DNA from: a virus
Length of the DNA: 35,619 nt
Strand: one strand, 5' to 3'
Virus record (IMG/VR): IMGVR_UViG_3300045988_023336
Span: 1 to 35,619 of that record
The notes under the pieces are model-generated. The model did no database searches. It had not been told where the DNA came from and worked only from the letters and a program-made list of their open reading frames with translations. Shown piece by piece: positions 5,984 to 15,546 of the stretch. The position numbers were made by a program, and so were the translations under genes. Numbering within the stretch: the first letter of the stretch is position 1; every line of letters starts with the position of its first letter.

Positions 5984-6520
5984 TTATACAAGTTTTGCGG
6001 CTGTGATCGTTGTCCACGCTGCCGAAGCAATTGATATTCTATTTTCTCCTCTAGCATCGTCCGGCGTTTTAATCGTTATTGTAGTAAAACCGCCCGCCGC
6101 GTTAGAATCCATATCAGCTTGAGAAATTTCAAGCCCACATTTTAGACCAACCATAGTTTGAACCGCGTTTATATCGTTCAACTTGATAGCCGCCATGAAA
6201 CGCCCAGATAACAAAGCCGACACAACTGTGTTAATTCTATAGCCATATTTGTTATATATAGTGAACATAACGGACTGATCCAAACCTGCCGAAACATCCG
6301 ATAACTTCAACGTCTCTGTAAGCTTCGCACCGTTCTTATAACATTCAACCGGGATTGTCTTTGCCCCTGCTTTTAACGTTATATCCGTTAAGGAGTTGTA
6401 GCCATCAACGGTTGCGGAGGTTACGTCGTCAAAGTTAATCAGATACATTTCAGCGATACCTACGCTACCGGGTTGGCAGTCGTAGGTAATTGCTTTATTT
6501 AATGTCTTTATACAAGCCAT
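5984..6520 (-). CDS. Structural paralogue 1 of 3 (178 aa)
   Basis: MACIKTLNKAITYDCQPG ... GGFTTITIKTPDD. It lies directly downstream of the capsid gene. Confidence 0.7.
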   Translation of the reverse strand: MACIKTLNKAITYDCQPGSVGIAEMYLINFDDVTSATVDGYNSLTDITLKAGAKTIPVECYKNGAKLTETLKLSDVSAGLDQSVMFTIYNKYGYRINTVVSALLSGRFMAAIKLNDINAVQTMVGLKCGLEISQADMDSNAAGGFTTITIKTPDDARGENRISIASAAWTTITAAKLV

Positions 6521-6539
6521 TTAATCTTTGTTTTAATTA

Positions 6540-7496
6540 TTAAACACCTGCTGCGGTGCACAATTTCATATATTGGGGAACTGCCAGCATAGCGTCAGCC
6601 GCAAATACGGTTGTACTGTAATACTTACGGTCCTTAGCGTCACGGATGAACGGATCAATAGTCAGACTTGCATCTTCCAAAGCCAACTGGATGTTAGTTT
6701 TCGGTGAGAAAGCAATGAAAGACTGAACTGTCAAAGCGTCACCCTTAGCACTGTTCGAAACGTGTCTCAACTCGTTCACCTTGTAACCTTCGAAGTAGTA
6801 TGCGGGTTTGCCATTCTCCATGTTAGCTTGTGCCAAATGGTTATCTTTTGCCTCTACCAAGTCCTTGTAAGCACGCATAATGTTGCTAGTTACATAGAAT
6901 TCTGAATCGTCCAGCTGATCCGGGCGTTGGTTGTCGATACACCATTTCAGACATTCCAAAACGTTTGCGCCTGCGCCTGAAGGAACAAGAGCCTTAATAG
7001 ATTCGGTTGATGCCTGCATTTGCTTGATGATACCACCGTTTTTAAACACGGTGTATACACCCGCTGTATCAGTTGCTTTCAGACCGTCCAGCCATACGAG
7101 ACGTAACATGTCAGCTTCCAATACTTTCAGAATTTCATTCTGCATGAACGCTGCCAACTGTGTTTGGTCGAAATCATCTGAAAGGTGAACGCCTTTTGCA
7201 ACCATTTTGCCCCACAAGTCTTGCAGACAAACCACGATAGGCAACTCAATCTGCGCGTGATCGTAGTATTTAACCTTGTCCTGCAATGCGCTATATTTGT
7301 ATTCGCTATCGCAGCCCGCGGAACGTCTTACTGCCTTGTCGGTTGCTGTAAATGTCAAGATAGGTTTGCCCTTTTCAATACCCGCTAACACGGTTACTCC
7401 GTTGGACAATTCGCCCTCCAGCCCAAGTGTCAAAGAAATAACATCGGCCAGGCTGTCGATATTCAATTTGTTTAAATCGCTAAATGTAAATGCCAT
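6540..7496 (-). CDS. Putative major capsid protein (318 aa)
   Basis: Position immediately after the protease/scaffold gene, and a typical size. No motif was verified. Confidence 0.55.
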   Translation of the reverse strand: MAFTFSDLNKLNIDSLADVISLTLGLEGELSNGVTVLAGIEKGKPILTFTATDKAVRRSAGCDSEYKYSALQDKVKYYDHAQIELPIVVCLQDLWGKMVAKGVHLSDDFDQTQLAAFMQNEILKVLEADMLRLVWLDGLKATDTAGVYTVFKNGGIIKQMQASTESIKALVPSGAGANVLECLKWCIDNQRPDQLDDSEFYVTSNIMRAYKDLVEAKDNHLAQANMENGKPAYYFEGYKVNELRHVSNSAKGDALTVQSFIAFSPKTNIQLALEDASLTIDPFIRDAKDRKYYSTTVFAADAMLAVPQYMKLCTAAGV

Positions 7497-7516
7497 AATT
7501 TTAATGTTTTAGTAGA

Positions 7517-8551
7517 TTAATATTTGAATTTTTTACGCATTTCTGCTGCGGCCTTCTGAACCTCTTCGCGGCTCAATTTTGTTCCGGTCTTTACTTCGGT
7601 CTTCAGCTCTGTTTTTGCTGCTGCAGGTGCACCAGTACGCTTGTTTAGCTGCGTCTTAAGATCAGACACGGTTTTCTTCAGCTCGGTAACTTCTTTGCGG
7701 ATCGCTGCAAGTTCTTCCGGTGTAGCCGTTTTCTTTTTGTCCCCGTCTTCTTTGTCCTCTTCCGGCTTTTCTTCCTCGGTTGCTAACTCTTCTTGACCCT
7801 CTTCTTCGCTTTTAGCTTCGCTTTCCACTTCTTTCACGTCAGAAATCTTTCCGGCTACGACTGAAATAATCATGTCCTCGCCTTCGCCAATAGAAATGTA
7901 ATAATCGCCATCTTCTACGGGTTTGCCCTCGGCGTCCTGTACTTCGTCACCTAGAGCCGCCTGCTCGCCTTGTGCGATAATAACAAGCTCTTTCCCCTCT
8001 TTGGTTGTGACGGTTTCCCTAGCTAGCTTAGTTGATTTAACTCGCTCGACTAATTTTGTCCAAAATTTGCTCATTGATAATTTGTTTAAATTGTTATTAA
8101 ATAAAGAACTAGTAGCCGCGGGAAGTCCCACCAAATCGGCACTAAATAATTCTCTTACTTCTGTTACGGTTGCGGTTTGCGTCGCTTCATCCAACCATTT
8201 AACGTCAGACTGATTAACCGATACGCCTAGTAGCTCCGGCTCTTTCTCGATCATAGCAACCATAAAATTATATTCGCTAGGATATGCTCTTTCCAGCGCT
8301 TCCGACATGACCAGATCAGCATAAACGGCCTTTTCATCGTGCGTGAAGTTGACGAAATACCCGATATACCCGTCCAGCAAGTCCTCGCCGTTATGAGTGC
8401 GGCGTGCGTGAATAGGCCGGGTATTACCCAAACCAACTAAAGACGGGAAAGCACTAGCAGAGATGACTAATTTATAAGCCTTTCCCCCTTCTTCATAGTA
8501 GTTTGTGGTTTCCCCGGCTTCTATAATGCGTAATTTTTCAAATGTTTTCAT
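7517..8551 (-). CDS. Prohead protease (S78/HK97-like) fused to an acidic coiled-coil scaffold-like C-terminus
   Basis: The N-terminal segment IHARRTHNGEDLLDGYIGYF...KAVYADL...LLGVSVNQ fits the H....iG / glS.g pattern of S78 proteases. The C-terminal half is Glu/Lys-rich coiled coil. Confidence 0.5.
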   Translation of the reverse strand: MKTFEKLRIIEAGETTNYYEEGGKAYKLVISASAFPSLVGLGNTRPIHARRTHNGEDLLDGYIGYFVNFTHDEKAVYADLVMSEALERAYPSEYNFMVAMIEKEPELLGVSVNQSDVKWLDEATQTATVTEVRELFSADLVGLPAATSSLFNNNLNKLSMSKFWTKLVERVKSTKLARETVTTKEGKELVIIAQGEQAALGDEVQDAEGKPVEDGDYYISIGEGEDMIISVVAGKISDVKEVESEAKSEEEGQEELATEEEKPEEDKEDGDKKKTATPEELAAIRKEVTELKKTVSDLKTQLNKRTGAPAAAKTELKTEVKTGTKLSREEVQKAAAEMRKKFKY

Positions 8552-8571
8552 ATATTACTATATTATTGGTA

Positions 8572-8579
8572 CAAAGATA
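8572..8579 (-). promoter_or_regulatory. TATCTTTG -7 box 21 nt upstream of the protease/scaffold start, with no recognisable -33 element
   Basis: Plus-strand caaagata at 8572-8579, in the 67-nt gap after the tape-measure gene. Confidence 0.35.
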
Positions 8580-8618
8580 TATTATTTAATGGCACGAGGC
8601 CGCGGCTTTACCTATGAT

Positions 8619-11132
8619 TTATAGGCTAGCCGCTACTTGTACGCTATTATATTGTTGTTGACCCTCGTCTATATCGGTAACCGCCACACGTGGAGCGGGA
8701 ACGCTAGCCACTGAATCGTACATGATCGCCGCCAGTTTTCGCAAACTGTCATTCGACAGGCTAAAATTACTAGGTAACTGCATGCTTGCACCGCCGCCTA
8801 CGTCGATCTTCCCACCATTGGCGTACCGGTACACGCCAGACGAACCGAATGAACGCCCGCCGTACTCCATATTAAGAGCTGATAATGCGTTGATCGCGCC
8901 AGAAGCCTTCCGGTTCAAAATATACATATTCTCCCCGCCTTCGGCTTCGAACTGTTGACCGTTTGACCCGGTGAACGTCACGCCCCCGGCTGAATGACTA
9001 GGGCCGTATATTTGTCCACCCTTTGCGTACTTCCTCACGCTTGTATTGATCTTAGTGTCCGGCTCTTTAGTCTTGTTAATGCTCATAACGTTCTTCATAC
9101 CCGCCGCCACTACGATAGCCGCCTGCGCGATACCCCAGATACCACCCTGTGCCAGTGCTTTAGAAGCGCCTAGATAAGTATTGATAAGTGCTTGTGCCGT
9201 GGCAAATGCTTTGCCTGCTGCGCTTTCTTCCCCCAGTAAGCTAGAGAGCTGTCCGGCTGTGCCCGCTGCCATCTCTAACTGCGCGTTGTAGTACTTCCGT
9301 CTTACTTCGTCCTTCATGAGTTCGAAACGCTCGGTTATAGCAGTTGTTTCTGCTCCGATCTTTTCTGCGTTCGCGATCTCTAGAGCCTTCATAGCGTCCA
9401 ACCGGGTTATTTGGTTGTCTAGGTCGTTTTGCAACTTTACATCCGCTAATGCGCGCTCATTCTCTAAGTTTAGAGCGTCCGCGGCTTTCTTCTGTTCTTT
9501 TTTTCGGTCGGCTTCGGCCTTAACTTCCGTCTCAAATTGCAGGTTCAGAGCGCGAACATTGTTCAGGTATTCCTGTTCTGTTATGAGCTTTTGATCTCTC
9601 TTATATTTTTCCAGAGCGATCTGCTCGTTAATCACATGTTGCGTCTCCTCTATCGAAGTTTTACCCGTTCTTAACTGGGTCTCGGCTATCTCTAGCTCCA
9701 TCTTCTTGACACTCTGTTCGTATGCCTTGATCGTTTCCTCCTGCGCCTTCTTAAGCACCTCGGCTTGCTTCTTTACCGCCTCGGCTTCTGCTTTTGTCGC
9801 CGCCTCTGTCGCCTTTTTCTTCTTCTCCGCTGCTGCTTTTGCATCAGCCGCTCGCTTGTCCCGTTCCGATTTTTCAAGGCCCGTCATTTGCCCTATTAAC
9901 TCTTTTTCCTGCGTGGCGTAACTCGCTTTCGCGGCTTCCAGTGCTGCAAGGGCTTCCTGTTCTTTTCGTGCGTCCTCGTCGCTTGTATATCCTAATTGGT
10001 TCTCGGCTTTGATCTGCTTGTATTTGGAGTTAAGTACCGCCAGTTCCAAATCACGTATGATATGCAATTTCTCCGCAGCTTCCTTTAGCAGTTCCGTTCG
10101 CTCCGCGGTAGTTTTGTTCTGATCCGCTGCCAAAGTCTTAAGTTCCTCTAGTTCCCTCCGCATTCGTGCCATTGGGACAAGCGCCTTGGTTTCCTCCTGA
10201 TAAATACGCTGTGTCTCCCCTGCCAGCCGTGCGCCTTCCGCCGCTGCCTTCTTCGTCTCCTCACTGATTAGTCCCAGCTTATCCAATAGCCATGTAACGC
10301 CTTTAGCAATGTTCTCAAGCACGAACGCCACACCCTTGAATAGATCGGTTATCCAGTCCAACAACCGCCCTAAAATCACCTTAAACGGCGCGAACGCCGC
10401 ATTCAAGCTAGTCGCTAACTCGCTGTTACGTTTCATCAGCTTCTCAATGGTCCCGATAAGAGTTAAGACTATAGACACGACGAATATAATAGGGTTCGCC
10501 TTTAACGCCGCGTTGAACGCCTGCACCCCGGCGATGCCGCTTTTCATTTGTCCCACCAGCGCACCAGTCCCCCCGGTTAGCCCTTGTGTTTGGAGTATAC
10601 CGTCCTTGATGCCTTCCGCGTAATTACCGACATTACGGCGGTTGTCCCCAATGGATTTTTCCAACTTTTTGAGTTTTTCCGATAATTCGAATGTCTGCTC
10701 GGTTAGGTCTTTCCCCTCCTGACTAGTAGTCCGTTGCGCCTCGCTCATCTTGTTTAGCTCCGCGGTGTTCTGCGCCAGTTGGGCGCGTAGCGCGTTGACG
10801 CTCGTAGCCTCGTTGTCGAGAAGCGTTTTTGTACTCTTGATCTCGGCGTTATTCTGTTTGTTCGCCTCGGTATTGTCTAGGATAGCCTTTTGCGTCTCAA
10901 TCAGAGACTTATTCAGCTTCTTAACAGTTGCGTCGTACTTGTCCTGCTGCACAAGGCCGTCCGCGTAGTTCTGATTTAGCGCGTCTAGCTCTTTCTTCTC
11001 GGAGGCGTAGGCCGCCTGCAAATCCTTTTTAGTTTTTGCAAGCGCCATACTTTTGGCTATTAACGCGTCCAGCCCCTTCTCGGCTTCTGACGTGCCGAAA
11101 TTTAGGTCTAATAATGTTACTTGATCCGCCAT
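8619..11132 (-). CDS. Tape measure protein (837 aa)
   Basis: It has a long coiled-coil N-terminal half and internal hydrophobic segments (PIIFVVSIVLTLIGTI, IWGIAQAAIVVAAGM). The C-terminus is Gly-rich with repeated YAKGGQI / YANGGKI. It is the largest ORF of the tail block. Confidence 0.75.
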   Translation of the reverse strand: MADQVTLLDLNFGTSEAEKGLDALIAKSMALAKTKKDLQAAYASEKKELDALNQNYADGLVQQDKYDATVKKLNKSLIETQKAILDNTEANKQNNAEIKSTKTLLDNEATSVNALRAQLAQNTAELNKMSEAQRTTSQEGKDLTEQTFELSEKLKKLEKSIGDNRRNVGNYAEGIKDGILQTQGLTGGTGALVGQMKSGIAGVQAFNAALKANPIIFVVSIVLTLIGTIEKLMKRNSELATSLNAAFAPFKVILGRLLDWITDLFKGVAFVLENIAKGVTWLLDKLGLISEETKKAAAEGARLAGETQRIYQEETKALVPMARMRRELEELKTLAADQNKTTAERTELLKEAAEKLHIIRDLELAVLNSKYKQIKAENQLGYTSDEDARKEQEALAALEAAKASYATQEKELIGQMTGLEKSERDKRAADAKAAAEKKKKATEAATKAEAEAVKKQAEVLKKAQEETIKAYEQSVKKMELEIAETQLRTGKTSIEETQHVINEQIALEKYKRDQKLITEQEYLNNVRALNLQFETEVKAEADRKKEQKKAADALNLENERALADVKLQNDLDNQITRLDAMKALEIANAEKIGAETTAITERFELMKDEVRRKYYNAQLEMAAGTAGQLSSLLGEESAAGKAFATAQALINTYLGASKALAQGGIWGIAQAAIVVAAGMKNVMSINKTKEPDTKINTSVRKYAKGGQIYGPSHSAGGVTFTGSNGQQFEAEGGENMYILNRKASGAINALSALNMEYGGRSFGSSGVYRYANGGKIDVGGGASMQLPSNFSLSNDSLRKLAAIMYDSVASVPAPRVAVTDIDEGQQQYNSVQVAASL

Positions 11133-11139
11133 TTTTACG

Positions 11140-12885
11140 TTATTTTAAATCCATTTTGTACAAAGATAGCTTACATTCGCCAGTTGCTACGTCATATTCG
11201 CCTAAAGATTTGATGTAGAAACAACTATTCAGCTGCGAAAAGTAGTAAGCATCCCCCAATCGTAGGTTTTCAACGTCCGCATATTCTAGTTGCGCCTTGA
11301 TTTTAACTTGTATTCGCGATCTAAACATCTTGAAATGCCGGTTTATATACGGGTAATAGATATTTTTTACAAACGTATAATAGTAATTATAATTGTTAGG
11401 TTTGGCGAACGCTGCGGTTAGCCCCATGATCGGGAATACCTGGCTGTTATACGAGAACTTAACAGACGATTTGTAAGCGTCCTTAACGGGTGTTACCGTT
11501 CCGGGTCCGTTGTTGTAACTGAATTTTTCCGAACCGATCGTACAAACGTATTGGTCCGCGAATTCGTCGGGAACGTCTACGGTTTCAACGCTACGTAATT
11601 TGTCGCTCCAATCGTGTATACGCGCCCATGCCATAGACGTACCGTCCCGGAGATCGGCGTCTACTATCGGTTCTACGCGTAACGTACCGTTGCGGTAAAT
11701 CTTCCTCCAATGCCATGCCGTGCACATGTCGTCCACTATGTTTTTTACATCCGTGTACGGAAAATCGATGGCTACATTAGTGACTGAATCGTATTGCGGC
11801 TTGATGGCTGCATCGAACACCGCCTGCCCCGCTCCGCATCTTATCAGCTCCTCCGGGTCGTAGCCGTCCGGAAACTTGAAATAGTCTGTACGTGTCACGC
11901 CTCCGATAGTTGCCGCCAGCTGCATATAGGCATCCTGTTTAGGGTAAACCGTCATTTGTGCATTATTCTCTGTAACGTAAATCCAGATGCGGTCGGTTAT
12001 GCTCCCGTAGTAAGACATTGACCGCCCCACCCCCGATACCGCACCACGTAACTGAATAGTAGGTTTAGTAGTCGGTATTGCATTTCCCTTGTATTCGACG
12101 ATCATTTGGAACTGCTGGCTCTCGCCCGCCGAAATGCGGAATCCCGCCGGGCTTCCCCCTGTACGGTTGCCAAAGTACGAAGCGTACATATATATCTGTG
12201 AGTTATCCAGCACAACCGCCGCGGTGTCCGGATACTTATATCCCCCGCGCCCCTTGGTGCTGCCTTTAGGCAGAAACTTCACCGTTCCCGTCGCTACGTT
12301 GTCCTGCCAGGTGATACTACCCCGGGCGCAAACCATGGTAGGCGCTAAAAAGGCGGCGTCTTCTGGTTGAGGAAGCAGACCACCCGGGTTGAAAAACGGG
12401 TTGATCGCCGGGAACGTTATTTGCGGAAAGTTCACGTACTCACGGACTATCTTTGCAAGGTTGGCGGCGCTTAAGTTTAAACCCCCGTCCTTCACAAGGC
12501 TGAAATCCGGTAACGTCGATATAGGCTTGCTCACGTCTGACCACTTGTCCGTACTTTCTATAAGGTTGACAGTGTAATCCGTTTCAGTCGCTGACACCTT
12601 CGCATAAAATTGTGTGGGCTCGTCGGACACATAAGCGTAATACTTGAACGGAATGGACGATACGCGCACCTCGGCTACGTAATACTCACAGTTCATAAGC
12701 CCCTTGTTCAGTCCTATAAACGTCCGATCATTGTCAGGCGTTCTCGGCACTTCGACCGTCGCGCTGAACGCGACACTGTCCCCGGTCATAGTAACCGGGG
12801 AAATGTTGTTTAATGTGATCTTGACCGTCGCATTATCTAAACCGTCTATGTCGTAACCGTTAACTCTTAATGATACTATTTTCAT
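11140..12885 (-). CDS. Tail structural protein (581 aa), possibly distal-tail (Dit)-like
   Basis: Adjacency to the tape measure gene. The N-terminus IVSLRVNGYDIDGLDNATVKI loosely resembles siphophage Dit N-termini. Confidence 0.4.
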   Translation of the reverse strand: MKIVSLRVNGYDIDGLDNATVKITLNNISPVTMTGDSVAFSATVEVPRTPDNDRTFIGLNKGLMNCEYYVAEVRVSSIPFKYYAYVSDEPTQFYAKVSATETDYTVNLIESTDKWSDVSKPISTLPDFSLVKDGGLNLSAANLAKIVREYVNFPQITFPAINPFFNPGGLLPQPEDAAFLAPTMVCARGSITWQDNVATGTVKFLPKGSTKGRGGYKYPDTAAVVLDNSQIYMYASYFGNRTGGSPAGFRISAGESQQFQMIVEYKGNAIPTTKPTIQLRGAVSGVGRSMSYYGSITDRIWIYVTENNAQMTVYPKQDAYMQLAATIGGVTRTDYFKFPDGYDPEELIRCGAGQAVFDAAIKPQYDSVTNVAIDFPYTDVKNIVDDMCTAWHWRKIYRNGTLRVEPIVDADLRDGTSMAWARIHDWSDKLRSVETVDVPDEFADQYVCTIGSEKFSYNNGPGTVTPVKDAYKSSVKFSYNSQVFPIMGLTAAFAKPNNYNYYYTFVKNIYYPYINRHFKMFRSRIQVKIKAQLEYADVENLRLGDAYYFSQLNSCFYIKSLGEYDVATGECKLSLYKMDLK

Positions 12886-12886
12886 C

Positions 12887-15100
12887 TTATCCCTCCTGTG
12901 TGATTAAACAAATTGCAATCTCGTTCGTAACTGTATTCTTGATTCTTAACTGTCCTGTCCGCGCCGCTCCCGGGTTCGCCGTATTGAACGTTACGTTTAT
13001 TGTACCAGTTCCAGCCGCGCCCGAAGTAGGCGAAACCGCCACCCAACTTGGAGCGCCTCCCATAGTCCAATTATTGTCAGATAGATATGTAACGGGTCTT
13101 ACTTCTCCTCCCGCCTTACTGCCCGAAATACGGAACGGGGCTAAACCGATTGAAGCGGGTGCGCCTGCTTGGTTAACCGTAACTGTTGCATACTGTTGCG
13201 TTATGTGGTCGTAAAACCTAATCGTTCCGGTTCGCGCGTCGTTACTTGTGCTGTCAGCGATCTTTAACGTTACGGCGGTTGTTCCGCTCGGGCTGTCCCA
13301 AACTGTTGGAGTTATCCACGGATCCCGCTGCGATATAGACCAGTCGCCAACCGATGTAATGTCCACGGTTACCGGGTGGGTTAGATAGTCTACGTTAAAC
13401 GTACTAGGGCTAGCGGATATATTGCCCGAAACCCCGACCTGTGTGACGGCTACGCTGTACGTAGTAGACCCTGCCAAACTCTTCAGGACTATGTTACCCG
13501 ATCTCGGTTCACCAGTGTTGGCAGCTACCGTTGCGGTGAGATTAGCAGCGCCGGCGGGGAATTGGTGATAACGCTTTCCCCAATAGGCGTTTATCGCCGT
13601 GATGTCTGCGGGCGTAATATCGGTATAGTCCGTTTTTCTTATTAATATCCCTACTTGCTGCTGTGCACCCGGATTTACCCTACCGTTTATAGGAATCCAA
13701 TTTGAACTAGAAGATATACTACCGTCCGCGTTAAGATACACAAAATCGTACATATACCCCGGAGCGACGGCTATAAGACTGTATATTTCGTTGTTTAAGT
13801 CTGTATACGGTTTCTTTAGTCTTATCCTCTTAGAGCTGTCTATTTTTGCCGCTTCCCACGAAACGCCCGGTGTTACATTAGCGCCCCCTTGTTCGAACAT
13901 GTCAGGCGTTAATAGCGTCGTGCCATTAGTCACAGTAAGCCAGCTAGGCTCGATCTGTACTTCCCATGCCGCGTTACTGTATATGCTGTTAACTAGTCCT
14001 TCCGCATACGCCGCGCCGATCGTCCATGGGTTTTTCTGTGCGCTAAACGCGATCGACGGTGCAGGCGGTTGGTCCGGTGCTAACGGGAACATGTAATTGT
14101 CTTGTAGTTCCGTTGTCTTGAACCTTACCTGCTGTCTGTATGTCTTTGTACTGTTGGACCATCTCGCCCCTGTGTCGCCCGAAACTTCCGCCCTAAACCG
14201 TTTCGATTGATATTGGTTTATACCCGGTATGTTCAACTCGAACACGACATTAGACGATACCAACAACTCTTGGTACACGTTATAATACTCTTCGCCATAC
14301 TCTAGGTTTATAGTGATCTCCGCTTGTTCCGTTACGCCCCCGCGGCCTCGGATCGGTGTGAACTTGTTAGACCAAAAGTAGTCCTTAAATGCAGCCCAAA
14401 ACCATTGCCCGTTGCGCATGTTCCATCTAGCGCGCAAAGCGCATTGCAGGCTCTCATCATAGATAGCGTCAGACATTAGACGATCTTCATAGTTAATCAC
14501 CTGATCCAGACCAGACCCCCACACGTTTTTAATTGTCAACTTCTTAATATACTTTATGTCGATTGTGTTTCCCAGTACGTAGGTAGTAGGGAATATAACC
14601 GAACTAGGCGCGCCTGTCACGGGTTCAACCTCGACGGAAAGCGCGTCGGACGGGTGAATAGAGTACGGGAAGTAGATGTCCAGCGTCTGACCCGGTATGC
14701 GCGGTTTTGGCGGTTGGGGTAATGCGGCGTCAACGCCTAGCGTATCCCAGTACGTTTCGTCACAATGAAATACGGGTATGATGGTCCTAGTCGCTATATC
14801 AGTACTCCAAAACTCGATTAGCTGCTGGGGAAACCACGGTGTACCCTCTGATACGTTACGATCCGCACGTCTAAGTAACGGAGCGGCAAAGGATAGATCG
14901 ACATCCACCCCATATTGTTGGTATGGCAAAGATACAGTCTTTCGGATCGCGCCGCCTTCCCGCACGATTATATTTATAGGCTCGTTCGTGCCCGTTGTCA
15001 CCTTCACCATTAGCGGGCGTGTAGCCCACATGGGTAATTGCCCGTCGTACGTCTGATTGTCTGTTAGCGTTATGCCCGCTATCGGTATATATATGTTCAT
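12887..15100 (-). CDS. Tail/baseplate protein (737 aa) with C-terminal BACON-like repeats
   Basis: The C-terminal ~220 aa contains repeats of the form ...W.....PW(I/V).(V/P)....G....V......N....R(T/S)G.(I/L).......(V/I)(N/T)Q(A/E)G. Examples are GDWSISQRDPWITPTV...NDARTGTIRFY...VTVNQAG and NNWTMGGAPSWVAVSPTSGAAGTGTINVTFNTANPGAARTGQLRI...ICLITQEG. Confidence 0.6.
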   Translation of the reverse strand: MNIYIPIAGITLTDNQTYDGQLPMWATRPLMVKVTTGTNEPINIIVREGGAIRKTVSLPYQQYGVDVDLSFAAPLLRRADRNVSEGTPWFPQQLIEFWSTDIATRTIIPVFHCDETYWDTLGVDAALPQPPKPRIPGQTLDIYFPYSIHPSDALSVEVEPVTGAPSSVIFPTTYVLGNTIDIKYIKKLTIKNVWGSGLDQVINYEDRLMSDAIYDESLQCALRARWNMRNGQWFWAAFKDYFWSNKFTPIRGRGGVTEQAEITINLEYGEEYYNVYQELLVSSNVVFELNIPGINQYQSKRFRAEVSGDTGARWSNSTKTYRQQVRFKTTELQDNYMFPLAPDQPPAPSIAFSAQKNPWTIGAAYAEGLVNSIYSNAAWEVQIEPSWLTVTNGTTLLTPDMFEQGGANVTPGVSWEAAKIDSSKRIRLKKPYTDLNNEIYSLIAVAPGYMYDFVYLNADGSISSSSNWIPINGRVNPGAQQQVGILIRKTDYTDITPADITAINAYWGKRYHQFPAGAANLTATVAANTGEPRSGNIVLKSLAGSTTYSVAVTQVGVSGNISASPSTFNVDYLTHPVTVDITSVGDWSISQRDPWITPTVWDSPSGTTAVTLKIADSTSNDARTGTIRFYDHITQQYATVTVNQAGAPASIGLAPFRISGSKAGGEVRPVTYLSDNNWTMGGAPSWVAVSPTSGAAGTGTINVTFNTANPGAARTGQLRIKNTVTNEIAICLITQEG

Positions 15101-15546
15101 TATTTAATATTTAAAGTGTCAATAATAGCATATTTAATTATAGTTACTATTTCGTTCTGTAACTTCAAGACCCTTGCAGGGTTGAGTACGTCTGATACCA
15201 CGCCGCCGGGGTTGTGACTGTTAGGCACTTTGATCCCGAACTCTCCGATAGCTTTCGCGATCGGATATGCCGCACTTAACGGTATGGTTGCTCCCTGCTT
15301 GTTCTTGTCCTCGATCCACTTCCGGATGATCCACAATGGCGGGCGTTTACCCGCAATGCGTCCGCCTTCCATCGCACCTACATAACGCGGCGCTGTGATA
15401 CGGGCGTTATTGCCGCTTACAACCAACTTAAGCTCTTTGGCGAAGTTACCGGAAGCCATCAGCCCTTTAGCCTTGTACGAGGCTTCTATGTCGTCCCGTA
15501 GCTTGGTTAACAGGACCTCTATTTCCAACATCGCGTTACGTGCCAT
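15100..15546 (-). CDS. Virion neck/tail-completion protein candidate (148 aa, HK97 gp10-like?)
   Basis: Size and position fit. There is weak resemblance (SGNFAKELKLVVSGNNARITAPRYVGAMEGGR) to gp10-family proteins. A TAATG-type overlap links it to the upstream gene. Confidence 0.35.
   Translation of the reverse strand: MARNAMLEIEVLLTKLRDDIEASYKAKGLMASGNFAKELKLVVSGNNARITAPRYVGAMEGGRIAGKRPPLWIIRKWIEDKNKQGATIPLSAAYPIAKAIGEFGIKVPNSHNPGGVVSDVLNPARVLKLQNEIVTIIKYAIIDTLNIK

Noticed and set aside
11161-11168. TATCTTTG boxes inside coding sequence (11161..11168 before the tape-measure start; 28915..28922 at the primase C-terminus)
   Set aside because: No -33 TTTG lies at 18-21 nt and there is no intergenic context. 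Chance occurrence of an 8-mer with two free positions is plausible in 35 kb. They are left as unscored possibilities.
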